Source: an uncultured Actinomycetes bacterium
GTDB taxonomy: Bacteria; Actinomycetota; Coriobacteriia; Anaerosomatales; PHET01
Direction: 5' to 3'
Length of the DNA: 64,000 nucleotides
Assembly: GCA_963700665.1 (NCBI GenBank)
Contig: CAVOYK010000004.1
Span: 58,793 to 122,792 of the forward strand
In this document: positions 1 to 10,361 of the stretch, in pieces
Position numbering within the stretch: position 1 is the stretch's first letter
Layout: each line of letters starts with the position of its first letter
Made by a program: the position numbers and the translations under genes
The notes under the pieces: model-generated
What the model was told of the DNA's origin: nothing
The model's database searches: none
Seen by the model: the letters and a program-made list of their open reading frames with translations, nothing else

Positions 1-803
1 TTCTTCACGAAGTCGGCCGCATGGGGCACGCCGGCACCATGGCAGCCAACGCACTTGGTGTCCTCGTGACACGCCCCACAGGTCTTCATGTCGCCCATGC
101 CGTGTGTCGAACGCCACTCCGGTCCATGTGTGGCAGCGAACACCCCGGACTGCACCCGGTCTGTGGGCAGCTTCTCTGCGTGACATAGATCGCACTTCGA
201 CGCGATCTTGCTGGTGCCGTGGCACTCGTAGCACAACTCCATCGTCGCAGACCTGGGCCACGAGACCGCCTTGCCATGCGCGGTCGGAGAGTGACACTCC
301 GTGCACTCACGACCCACGGCACAGGACGAGTGCTTTATGTTCAGGCCCGCAGCACTGGTCACGCCTTCATCGGTCTGCTCATGGCAGGCCGTGACACTTC
401 TTCGACTCGACATAGGCTACGGTTGGGTCTACCTCGGTCGAGGCGCAGTGTCATACCGAAGACCTGGCTGACGCCAAAGGCGACTCTGCGACTCGACTGA
501 AGTGCCGCCATGGCAGGCACCGCACTCAACCGCTGCGTGGCCGGTGCGCTGGCTCTCTGAGACGAAGCCCGGCCCGTTGTGGCACAGCGAGCACGCGGGC
601 ATCATCACCGCACTTGCGGCGACGCTTCCAAGAAGCAGTACCGCAATCACGATGACCAGGGACACCACTATGGTGAGGGGTGCTGGACGCATACGCTTGC
701 TCTGGCCTCGTCTCGCGGCTCTGTCGGAGCGGAATCCTGTCATCAGATTAACAGCAAAGGCTGTGCCCGCGACCAGTGGTGATGGGCGGTTCACAAGACC
801 CAC
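1..803 (-). CDS. NapC/NirT-like membrane-anchored multihaem cytochrome c (3' end runs off window; frameshifted as assembled)
   Basis: ORF 429..803 gives a TM helix LTIVVSLVIVIAVLLLGSVAASAV, then CSLCH ... SQRTGH ... CGACH (NapC-type N-terminus). The reverse complement of 1..430 carries more CxxCH codon strings in changing frames: CVGCH ~39-53, CGACH ~66-80, CDLCH ~180-194, CYECH ~218-232, CTECH ~290-304. Start could be 803, 743 or 692. Confidence 0.7.
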
Positions 804-812
804 ACGGAATGA

Positions 813-1935
813 GAGGGCCGGCTCTTTCGAGCCGGCCCTCCGTTCCTTCTAGCCTGCTTCGTCGTCGCGGTCGGACCGCGCGAGTCAGGTGGGTCTAGTA
901 GGTGATGCCCACACCAGCGGTGCCGTCGCCAGAGACGTGGCACTTGAGGCACAGGCCGTCTTGCGTGGCGATGACGCCGTTGCCGGTGGTGCCGGTGGCA
1001 ACCTTGCCGGAGACGACGCGAGCGTCGTCAGCGTCGGCGGCGGTGGTCAGCCACACGAGCGCGGAGCCGAGGGTCGGTCTTGGGCACGCTGGCGCCAGCG
1101 GCGTCAACGTAGTTGTGCGGGAACGCCGCGCCACCGATGGCGGCGGACTGGGCGTCGTGGCACGCCTTGCAGGAGTTGGCGTCGTTGAACGCGACGGTCG
1201 ACTCGGCGCCAGGAGCGTCCGCCGCCGGTGTAGTACGCGTCGAACTCGCCGTTCTGGTTCCAGCTCGTCGGTCGCCGTGGCGGTCACGCGGTGACCGGTG
1301 ACTGGTCGACGTGGTGCCCAGACCGGTGATGGTCGGGGTCGCACCGAAGGTGTTGACCGCGAAGACGACCGGGTTCGAGGCGTTGTCGTGGCAGTTGGCG
1401 CACAGGTAGCCGGTACCCAGCGAGAGGCCGGTGCCGACGAGAGCCGGGTCGCTCAGGTCGAACATGTCGGCGGTCAGGCCGTTGTAGTTCGCATCGCCAG
1501 GAGCGGCGGCGAGGTCGGTGTTGATCGCATCGTCGATCTCGCGATGAACAGCTTGGACTTGAACAGCGGGAACTCGGATGCACCGGCGCCGTGCGGCGAC
1601 GGGGTGTGGCAGCGCTGGCAACGACCGTGCGGCGAGAGGCTCGATGCCGACTCGGTGTTGATGTTGACGTCGGTGAAGGTCGCCGACTCGCCGTGGCAGA
1701 AGATGCAGCGAACCGGTGGCGAGCGCGTCACCGGTACAGACCGGCGTTGCCGGTCCAGGCGGTCAGAACCTGGCCGCCGGCCTGCGCGCGGTGGACCGCA
1801 TGGCAAACAGCGCACTTGTTGGTAGTCGTGGCGTAGTTGCCGTGCGGGCTCGGGGCGCCGGCGTTGCCGCCGAGGTTCGAGTCCCACTGGAGGTAGCCGG
1901 GGTAGTTGGCGTTGTACGGGCTCAGCGTACCGCTC
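813..1935. repeat. segmental duplication R1, copy a (partner 6299..7415)
   Basis: Long runs of identical nucleotides with scattered 1-nt indels. Example: GTGCGGCGACGGGGTGTGGCAGCGCTGGCAACGACCGTGCGGCGAGAGGCTCGATGCCGACTCGGTGTTGATGTTGACGTCGGTGAAGG is present in both. Confidence 0.8.
815..838. terminator. GC-rich perfect hairpin, terminator-like
   Basis: GGGCCGGCTC-TTTC-GAGCCGGCCC (10-bp stem, 4-nt loop), between the cytochrome stop (895) and the next minus-strand start (803). An identical copy lies at 6301..6324. No clean U-tract. Confidence 0.45.
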
Positions 1936-2066
1936 CAGATGGGGCCGTACGCGAACGCCGTCGCGGCGAACGCGAAGACGAGAACTGCAGCAAGAGCTGC
2001 AACAAACAGGGTCTTCTTCATTGAATGATCTCCTTGTATCAGTCGATTGGTATTCATCTCTTTCAT
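895..2066 (-). CDS. secreted hexahaem c-type cytochrome, type A (frameshifted as assembled)
   Basis: Joined ORFs 1728..2120, 1474..1887, 1028..1621 and 895..1344. Signal peptide MKKTLFVAALAAVLVFAFAATAFA. Six motifs: CAVCH, CIFCH, CQRCH, CANCH, CKACH, CLKCH. Ends CLKCHVSGDGTAGVGITY*. Two in-frame starts have an SD: 2066 (GGAAAGGAGGTG-N5-ATG) or 2021 (AAGGAGA-N7-ATG). At least 3 frame changes. Confidence 0.8.
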
Positions 2067-2123
2067 TTGCGCACCTCCTTTCCGAGACTGAATTCTATGA
2101 GGAGCAAGCGTGTGCTCCAATCC

Positions 2124-3498
2124 TCACAATGCACACAATACGCTCATCAACGTTAATGTGCAATCAAATTCTGCGCCAATCGGCCAGGGCGAGTACCTAC
2201 TCGCGGCCTCATCGGGCGTGAGTTCAGTGTCGGGCTGAACGGAACTGGATGCGACTGCCGAGGCCGCCTGTCTCCTTCGCCGAATACGCTGAACGATGAA
2301 CAGCACGATCAGGATGAGCAGAAGCGCCAATGGTGCGAGACAGGCGCGCAGCGGGCCGGTCAACGAGCGCCGAATCGCCGACGCGGCACTCGGGGCTGCG
2401 GAACCGGGAATCCGAACGATCTGAACGCGGCTGTTTCCGGCATCGGCGACAGCGAACCAGTCCCGCTGCGCGTCGTAGGCGATACTGGATGGATAGACGA
2501 ACTGACCGTCAAGCGCACCGTACTCCCCGTACTTCTCGATGAACGCGCCATCCTCGGCGTTGAAGACCGAGATGGAGAAGTCGAGTGCGTCCACGACCAC
2601 GAGTCTCCCGTTCCCGTCGACCGTGATGTCGGAAGGCAACTGGAGGCGGGCGGGCGCCGTCGTATCGGCGGAAGCGGCCATCGCGGCTCCGCCGGTGACG
2701 TCGCGCTGGTTGGCCGGGGACCCTGTGTCCACGATCCAGATTCTGTCGCCGTCGGGGCTGTACGCGCTGAGACGGTTGTTGTAGGTATCCACCACGTAGA
2801 TCTTGCCGTCGGACCCAAACGCGACGCCATTCACCGTGTCAAACTGGTCGTCGGCCTGGCCCCTGTTGCCCACGAGGCGGACAGGCTCGCCGTTCTCCGC
2901 GTTGATGATGGCGAATCCCGCTGACGACCCAATGGCCAGCCTGTCGTCGAACGCGTCGATGTCAATCGGGTTGGGGAATGCGAAGGTGCCGAGCTGCCGA
3001 GTCGGGTTCTCGTAGACCCTGACCAGGTCGTTGACGGACTCTCCAATGAAGACTCGCTCCTCGAAGCCTATCGCCACGGGTCCGATGCCATCGAGTATCT
3101 TGTCGGCCGGACCGGGTCCAACGGTGCCCACCAATGAGCCCTCAGGATTGAAGCCCATTGCTCCCATCTCGCGATGACGGGTGTCCGTGACCCAGATGGT
3201 CCCTCCGGCCCCTATGAACAGCTCTTGCGGTATGACGAACTGCGACTGCGGCGTGTCCCCCCAGCCGTAGATGGATCTCACCCACTCGATCCCCCCCGTC
3301 TCAGACTGGGGTGCGACACCTTCGCTCGGCGAGATGAGGTTGAGGAGTAGCGCCGTGATCCCGATGAGCGCCAGCACGAGTACGATGACGATGGCCACGA
3401 GGAGCCTGCGGCCGCGGCGCGAGACCCGGCGCGGGGGGCCTTCCTGGCCCGCCGGACGTAGGCGTGCTCTCTGGCGCCGCGTCGATAGTGTCTGTCAT
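2124..3498 (-). CDS. NHL-repeat beta-propeller protein with N- and C-terminal TM anchors (copy 1; one frameshift near the 5' end)
   Basis: ORF 2124..3398 plus fragment 3301..3498 (MTDTIDAAP...). N-terminal TM VAIVIVLVLALIGITALLLNLI. NHL-type blades: GKIYVVDTYNNRLSAYSPDG, GRLVVVDALDFSISVFN, DWFAVADAGNSRVQIVRI. C-terminal TM LAPLALLLILIVLFIV. Co-linear paralogue of 19662..20951. Confidence 0.8.
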
Positions 3499-4279
3499 TT
3501 ACTCGGCTCCGATCTTCTCAAGGCCGGCGAGAGCGGCCTCATCGTCAGGAATGAACTTCAGGGCTGCTCGGTAGTCCCGTTCCGCACCCTTCTTGTCTCC
3601 GGTTTCGGCAAGCAGATCTGCGCGGCGGACAAGCACGTCTGCCGCAGTGGGCTTCCCCTCGATGTACTCATCCAGCGACTTGAGCGCCGCCTTCGTGTCG
3701 CCGAGCTCCACTTGAGACTCCGCCTTGATCAGGAGCGCCGTCCAGAAGTTCTCGTTGATCGGCTCGCCCTTCATCTCGGCCGAGTCCCGCTTCTTGACCG
3801 CTTGTGCGTAGTACTTCTTCAGGTTCGCTCGCACTCTCGTCAGCCGCCTTGATTGCGGCCTCGTGCTTGCCGGTCGCACTGTAGAGCTCAGCTTGGGACA
3901 TGAGGATGTCTTGCGTTGCCGTCTGATCGATCACGCCGCTTGCCTGGTCAATCACGTCCTGGGCCTTGAGATACTGCCGGGTAACGATCAGCGAGTTGAT
4001 GTACGATCGCCAGATCTCGGGGTCCTCGGGGGTCTGCATCGCGGACAACTCGAAGAACCGCAGGTCGCGCTCGGCACGCGTGCGAGGCGCGGTCGGATTG
4101 AAGAAGCCCATCAGCATCGCAGACAGCAGGGCCACCAGGTAGAGCACGACGAGCACACCGGCGCCGATCGCCAGCCAGCGCACGACGGGGTCGCTGAAGA
4201 TCGACGCCCGCTTGCGCGACGGCGGAGGCGGAGGCGTCTGTTCGCGCGGTTCTTGGCTTGTTACCTCATCGTCTGGCAC
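3499..4279 (-). CDS. TM-anchored TPR-repeat protein (copy 1; one frameshift)
   Basis: Joined ORFs 3668..4279 and 3499..3879. SD GGGAGGA before ATG 4279. TM WLAIGAGVLVVLYLVALLSAMLMGF. TPR-like helices. C-terminus DYRAALKFIPDDEAALAGLEKIGAE* parallels 20948..21700. The TAA stop abuts the ATG of the NHL gene. Confidence 0.7.
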
Positions 4280-4421
4280 TGAAGATCCTCCCTGTGGCGA
4301 ATCGAACTGAGGCTTCGACCGGACTCAACGTGCCGAAGCGGCGCTTCGCATCCTAAGCGTAAACGCGATATCGTTCAATGCTGATATCGTGCCAGCAATG
4401 AAGGCAATGTAAGGATTCTTC

Positions 4422-6251
4422 ATGGAGAAGACTCAGGACTCACGCCGCCAACCCGCTCAGCCGATGGTCAGCGTTCGTAGACGCTGCGGCGTGGTGGCCT
4501 CTGTTGGCGTGCGTCGCCGTCCTGCCCCTCAGCAGCTCGCTCACTCTTGGGCTTTCGGGTCAGCCATCGGCCCTCACAGACGACCCCTACAATGTCCCCA
4601 AGCTCATCGTCCTGATTGCTCTTGTATCCCTGTCATCAGTCGCTTGGTTCGTATCGCTGGTTCTCGGCTGGCGGCAGCTCCGCCTCGGCTCTGTCCATGT
4701 GTGGCTTGGCGCGTTCGCCGCGCTCGTCGTGGTGTCGACTGTCTTTGCTCGAGAACCGCTCAGCTCGCTGTTCGGCGCGAGCAGACTCATGACAGGAGCC
4801 GTCACGTGGCTGGCGTGCGCGTGGATGTGCTTTCTCATCGGGCAGCTGGCCGACACAGGGACCCGGCTAATTGAGTTGACCTGGGCGGTCATCGGCGGTG
4901 CGACCGTGCTTGCCGCGATCGTCATCCTTCAAGCGGCAGGCGTCGATCCGCTCTCCACGCCGGTGACACCCGAGAGGCTGTGGACGATCAGGCGAGGCGC
5001 TGCGACTCTCGGCAATCCTGACTACACGGGCCTGTACCTGATCGTCCCCGCAGTCATCACGATCTCGCTCTACTTGTCGGCGAAGAGCCGGACTTCGATT
5101 CTAGCCGGAGTCTGTGGAGCGCTGATCAACTTGGCCGCGCTACTCACGCTCACCAGAGCTGCGTGGCTGGGAGTCTTCGATCGGTCTGGGCGTACTCGTG
5201 GCGACACGCCGCGGTGTAGCCCTTGACAGGCGACGAGCGTACGTTCTCGCGGGTGCAGCTGCTGCTGCCGCGGTTGTGGGTGTGGCAATCGTTGGGCTCC
5301 AGACGTTCCTGCAACGCTTCTCGGCGGCCGGGAAGGGGCTCGACGGACTCAGTTCCGGGCGGATCACGCTGTGGGGCGATGCCCTGCGCATCGTAGCGTC
5401 GAAATCCGCTTCTTGGAACGGGAGCTGATCGTCTCGCCCTCGGGGCGTATGAGGTCCAGACCAACGTGGTGATCGAGGGTATTTCGCGCTACGTGATGCA
5501 GGACCCTCACAATCTGGTGCTGCTGATCGCGGGCCTGTTCGGAATCCCCGCGCTGGTGGTGTTCGTGATCCTGTGCGCGAGAGTAGTCCATGACTCGTAC
5601 GGGATCGTGATCCGCGCTGGCTCCCGGTCCACCGCTATCGTCGGCAGCGTATGCGGGATGGTTTGCGGGCGGAATCGGACTACTTCTAGCGTCAGTGCTC
5701 TCGGTCTACACGGTCTCCGCGATCTTCATACTCTTCCTTGTGCTTGGACTGCTGTCCGCACCCGACGCTCGAAGAGCGCCGTCTGGCGCCGTGGACGCTC
5801 GTGGCAACTGGCATGGTGCTGATTGCAGCCATGGGGGTCGCGTGGTTTGGCTCCGTCTCGAGCCTCGCCGCCAGTCGAGAGGTTGCCCTTTCGCGCGCGG
5901 GCGACAGCAAGTACCACCTTGAAAGGGCCATCGCACTGACGCCCTGGGACGCTCGCACCTACGTCGGCTACTTGTGGAGGAAGATCGGCGCCACGCGCGC
6001 TGTCCTCACCGGGACTGATGTCGCAGCCGCCCGCGATGCCGCCGCCGCACTGGACACCGAGATCAGACTGGCGTCGACACGCTTTCCCCACGATCTGCTC
6101 TTCCATAGGCTGAGAATCGAGCTGCAGCTCCTCATGAAGGACGCCCCGGGATTCCAACCGGAACTGCCTCGAGCAAGCCATCGAAGACGCCTTGTCCGCA
6201 TTCCCGAACGACGTCGAGTTCCTTCAGCGGCAGCGCGAGTACCTGCAGTAG
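4422..6251 (+). CDS. O-antigen-ligase/Wzy_C-like polytopic membrane protein with C-terminal TPR-like domain (multiple frameshifts)
   Basis: Joined plus-strand ORFs 4422.., 4504..5226, 5198..5428, 5466..5822 and 5738... Many hydrophobic helices. Wzy_C-like strings: TLGNPDYTGLYL, LLTLTRAAWLG, SGRITLWGDALRI, QDPHNLVLLIAGLFGIPA. Soluble tail ends FPNDVEFLQRQREYLQ* (TAG 6249..6251). SD AAGGA before ATG 4422. Confidence 0.6.
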
Positions 6252-6298
6252 GCGAGTCGACGCCCGGACCGAGACCACACCCGTGTCGACACGACGAG

Positions 6299-7415
6299 GA
6301 GGGCCGGCTCTTTCGAGCCGGCCCTCCGTTCCTTCTAGCCTGCTTCGTCGTCGCGGTCAGACCGCGCGAGTCAGGTGGGTCTAGTAGGTGATGCCCACAC
6401 CAGCGGTGCTCGTCGCCATTGACGTGGCACTTGAGGCACAGGCCGTCTTGCGTGGCGACGGTGTTGTTGCCGGTCGTACCGGTGGCAACCTTGCCGGCGA
6501 CGACGCGAGCGTCGTCAGCGTCGGCGGCGGTGGTCAGCCACACGAGCGCGGAGCCGAGGGTCGTCTTGGGCACGCTGGCGCCAGCGGCGTCAACGTAGTT
6601 GTGCGGGAACGCCGCGCCACCGATGGTGGAGGACTGGGCGTCGTGGCACGCCTTGCAGGAGTTGGCGTCGTTGAACGCGACGGTCGAGTCGCCAGGAGCG
6701 CCGCCGGCCCGAGTAGTACGCGTCGAACTCGCCGTTCTCGTTCCACGTGTCGGTCGCCATGGCGGTCACGCGGTGACCGGTGACAGGCGACGTGGTAGCC
6801 AAGACCGGCGATGGTCGGGGTCGCGCCGAAGGTGTTGACCGCGAAGACGACCGGGTTCGAGGCGTTGTCGTGGCACTCGGTGCACAGGTAGCCGGTGCCC
6901 AGCGAGATGCCGGTGCCGACGAGGGCCGGGTCGCTCAGGTCGAACATGTCGGCGGTCAGGCCGTTGTAGTTCGCATCGCCAGGAGCGGCGGCGAGGTCAG
7001 CGTCGATCGCGGCGTCGATGCCGTTGATGATCAGCTTCGACTTGAGCAGCGGGAACTTGGACGCGCCGGCGCCGTGCGGCGACGGGGTGTGGCAGCGCTG
7101 GCAACGACCGTGCGGCGAGAGGCTCGATGCCGACTCGGTGTTGATGTTGACGTCGGTGAAGGTCGCCGACTCGCCGTGGCAGAAGATGCACGAGCCGGTG
7201 GCCAGCGCGTCACCGGAGAGACCGGCGTTGCCGGTCCAAGCGGTCAGGACCTGGCCGCCGGCCTGCGGCGCGGTGGACCGCATGGCAAACAGCGCACTTG
7301 TTGGTAGTCGTGGCGTAGTTGCCGTGCGGGCTCGGGGCGCCGGCGTTGCCGCCGAAGTTCGAGTCCCAGCAGCAGGTAGCCGGGGTAGTTGGCGTTGTAC
7401 GGGCCGCTCCAGAAC
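6299..7415. repeat. segmental duplication R1, copy b (partner 813..1935)
   Basis: See copy a. Includes the terminator hairpin and the type-A cytochrome module. Confidence 0.8.
6301..6324. terminator. GC-rich perfect hairpin, possible bidirectional terminator
   Basis: Same GGGCCGGCTC-TTTC-GAGCCGGCCC hairpin as 815..838. Here it lies between convergent genes ending at 6251 (+) and 6381 (-). Confidence 0.5.
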
Positions 7416-8981
7416 GGGCCCGTGCCGTGATTGTTCAGATCGATCGTGTGACACGTGTTGCAGGTCGCGCCCGGGCGGCGTTGGCACGGCACCGTGGCAG
7501 ACGCCACAAGCCAGCCATGAATCCCGACGACGTTGGATCCGTGGCAGTCGTACACGGGGCGACCGGAATATCCGTGTGCGCGGCCTCGTGCGCGCTTCAT
7601 AGCCCGGATGACACGCCCCGCAGATGCTGTCGCCCGTCGCGATGGCGTTGACCACGTCGGGGTCGGTGCTCGTCGTGGCAGCCGGCGCAGTTGTCGTTGT
7701 GCTCGATCACGATGTCGGCGCTGTGGCAGTCAGCGCACAGCGGGTCGGTGAAGCCGGGGTCGTGCACGCGTGTGCGTGCGGCGGGCCGTGGCACGAGGCG
7801 CACGCGGTGTCACCTGCGCCGATGGCCGCCACGACGTCGGATCGGTGCTCGCGTGGCACAGCGAGCACTGGTACTTGAAGTCGGTGCCGAGCGGGTACTG
7901 CCCGTGCTCGGCGGTCAGCTCGGGGTCGTGGCACGGATCGCACCCGGTCGTGGTGCTCAGGTGCAACGTGTCGAGCTCGGCTGTGGTGTGCTGCGGGATC
8001 GCGGGATAGCTCGTGTTGTGGCAGTAGATCGCACGCGGCGCCCACGTGGTCGGAGGCGGGGAAGTCCTCCCGTCCGTCTCGCCGGGGGCATGGCAGCCGC
8101 AGTCGAGCAGTTGACGTGGTGTTGCCGGGCTGCAGGTGGTAGTAGGTCGGCCCGTGACAGTTCGACCATGGAGCAGCTCAGCGCCGGGTCCATCGGGATG
8201 GGGGCGCCACGACGCGCGAAGTTCCAACGGGCGGAAGTTGGTCTGGCGCCCGCCGTCGTGCACGTAGGCCGACGACCGAGTGCGATGCCGGGGCGCAAGT
8301 CGATCGTAGGCGTCCACGCGGATCACCTGGCCCTGCGGCATGCTCGCCGTTGTACGACCTCGACGCCGTCGAGGACGAGCCGCACGTTCACGTTTCCCGG
8401 GCGTGTTGTCGCCGACCGTGACGACCGATCTGGGGACGCGGCACTGCGACCGTGGAACCGACTCGCGGGCACGTACGGTGCTCGACCGTCGGCGGTGCTG
8501 CCACCGTGTAGTTCCACGACGTGTTGTAGACGGTGCCGTTCACGTCGGTGACCTGTGACGGCGATCGTCGTGACCCCGTCGGGCAGGATGCCGTCGGTGG
8601 CACTGCATCCTGACCTGTCGCAGCGTCGGCCGGCCGTGCGAGACGAACGCGGAGTAGTCGGTGCCGTTGATCCACAGCTTGCGGCTCGAGATCGACCAGG
8701 TTGGGGTCGGCGCGCCGGCGTTGGCCTACACACGGATCTGCGTGCTGGCGACGTGTGACGGTCGAGCCGATAGCGGGGTTGTGGTTCGACCAGGTCAGGG
8801 CGTGGGCCGAGCTCGGTGCCGCCATGGCCGCGAGCAGAAGAATCGCGAACGCCGCGAGCAGAAGCAAGACCCCCGCCGAGAATCGGCGACTACCAAGGTG
8901 CTCGACGGCACCCGTGTGCGATCCGAATCTCAAACCTGCCCCCATGCCCAGACGTGCCCCGCGCTCCCGCACGAGGTGCAC
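6381..8981 (-). CDS. large surface multihaem cytochrome, chimeric: signal peptide + Ig-like domains + multihaem module + type-A hexahaem C-terminus (many frameshifts)
   Basis: ORF 8388..8981 gives LLLLAAFAILLLAAMAAPSSAHA, then LTWSNHNPAIGSTV... (Ig-like). ORF 7730..8341 gives IYCH, CDPCH, CSLCH. Fragments 7597..8045 follow. ORF 6534..7655 gives CGACH and CGVCH, then the type-A module CIFCH, CQRCH, CTECH. ORF 5968..6573 gives CLKCH. The last ~370 aa are co-linear and near-identical at nucleotide level with 895..2066. ORF 7244..7600 reads through the junction (CNTCHTIDLNNHGTGPFWSGPYNANYPGYL). Confidence 0.75.
7608..8810. repeat. segmental duplication R2, copy a (partner 16043..17245)
   Basis: The shared N-terminal module of the two large cytochromes. 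Starts ATGACACGCCCCGCAGATGCTGTCGCCCGTCGCGATGGCGTTGAC in both. Identity declines towards the 5' end of the genes. Confidence 0.7.
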
Positions 8982-9009
8982 TGGTACGAACCTACGTGAC
9001 GTTTAGGTT

Positions 9010-9039
9010 CATTTAGCCAGCATAACGCCCGTCTGTCAA
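9010..9039 (-). promoter_or_regulatory. candidate sigma70-type promoter for the large cytochrome gene
   Basis: Minus strand reads TTGACA-N18-TAAATG, about 25 nt upstream of start 8981. Pattern match only. Confidence 0.3.
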
Positions 9040-9075
9040 TCATCCGTTGGTAGGAGAAGCCCTGAATCGCAACGG

Positions 9076-10344
9076 CTAGCGCAGGTCTTCGGGCAGCGCG
9101 ATGTGACCTGCCACCGCAGTCGCCGCGGCCACGGCCGGCGAAGCCAGGTAGACCTCACTCGTGGGATCACCCATGCGGCCGACGAAGTTGCGGTTGGTGG
9201 TCGCGACCGCCCGCTCCCCCGCCGCCAGGATCCCCATGTGGCCGCCCAGGCACGGACCGCAGGTGGGCGTCGACACCGCTGCGTTCGCGTCGAGGAAGAT
9301 GTCGAAGAGCCCCTCGTGCATCGCCTGACGGTAGATCTCCTGCGTGGCCGGGATGATGATGAGGCGGACCTTGTCGTTGACCTTGCGGCCCTTGAGGACG
9401 CTCGCCGCGATCCGCATGTCTTCGATGCGACCGTTGGTGCAGCTGCCGATGACGACCTGGTCGATCCAGATGTCGCGCGCGTCGGCGACCGGACGCGTGT
9501 TGCTCGGCAGGTGCGGGAAGGCGACGGTCGGCACGATCTGGCTCGCGTCGATCTCGTAGACCGCGGCGTACTCTGCGTCCGCATCGCTGAAGTACTCGAC
9601 CGGCTCGCGCTCGAAACGGCCCTCGACGTACGCGCGCGTAGTGTCGTCGACCGCGATGATGCCGCCCTTGCCGCCGGCCTCGATCGCCATGTTGCAGATG
9701 GTCATGCGATCGTCCATGCCCAGCGCTCGATGGTGTCGCCGGTGAACTCCATCGACTGGTACAGCGCGCCGTCGACGCCGATCATCCCGATGATGTGCAG
9801 GATGACGTCCTTGCCGCTCACCCACGGGCGCAAGTCTCGCCGTCACGTTGAACTTGATGACTGCGGGCACCTTGAACCACGCCTCGCCGGTCGCCATGCC
9901 GACCGCGGCGTCGGTCGAGCCGACGCCGGTCGCGAACGCGCCAAGCGCACCGTAGGTGCAGGTGTGGGAGTCGGCGCCGATGATGACGTCGCCCGGACCG
10001 ACGACGCCCTGCTCGGGCAGCAGCGCGTGCTCGACGCCCATGCAGCCGATCTCGTAGTAGTGCGTGATGCCCTGCGCGTGCGCGAAGTCGCGCACCATCT
10101 TGGCCTGCTCGGCGGACTTGATGTCCTTGTTGGGCGTGTAGTGGTCGGGCACGAGCGCGATCTTGGTCGGGTCCCAGACCTTGTCGACGCCGATCTTGCC
10201 GAACTCCTTGATCGCGATCGGGGCGGTGACGTCGTTGGCGAGCACGATGTCGAGACGGCAGTTGATGAGCTGACCGGGCTCGACCTCGTCGAGGCCGGCG
10301 TGGGCAGCCAGTATCTTCTCGGTGATGGTCATGGGGCGGGTCAT
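9076..10344 (-). CDS. leuC: 3-isopropylmalate/homoaconitate dehydratase large subunit, type 2 (two compensating indels mid-gene)
   Basis: 422-aa ORF: [59 protein letters not shown]. About 45 central residues ([17 protein letters not shown]...) are out of frame. No small-subunit gene is adjacent. Confidence 0.85.
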   Translation of the reverse strand: MTRPMTITEKILAAHAGLDEVEPGQLINCRLDIVLANDVTAPIAIKEFGKIGVDKVWDPTKIALVPDHYTPNKDIKSAEQAKMVRDFAHAQGITHYYEIGCMGVEHALLPEQGVVGPGDVIIGADSHTCTYGALGAFATGVGSTDAAVGMATGEAWFKVPAVIKFNVTARLAPVGERQGRHPAHHRDDRRRRRAVPVDGVHRRHHRALGMDDRMTICNMAIEAGGKGGIIAVDDTTRAYVEGRFEREPVEYFSDADAEYAAVYEIDASQIVPTVAFPHLPSNTRPVADARDIWIDQVVIGSCTNGRIEDMRIAASVLKGRKVNDKVRLIIIPATQEIYRQAMHEGLFDIFLDANAAVSTPTCGPCLGGHMGILAAGERAVATTNRNFVGRMGDPTSEVYLASPAVAAATAVAGHIALPEDLR

Positions 10345-10361
10345 GTGTTCCTCCGTGTGTA

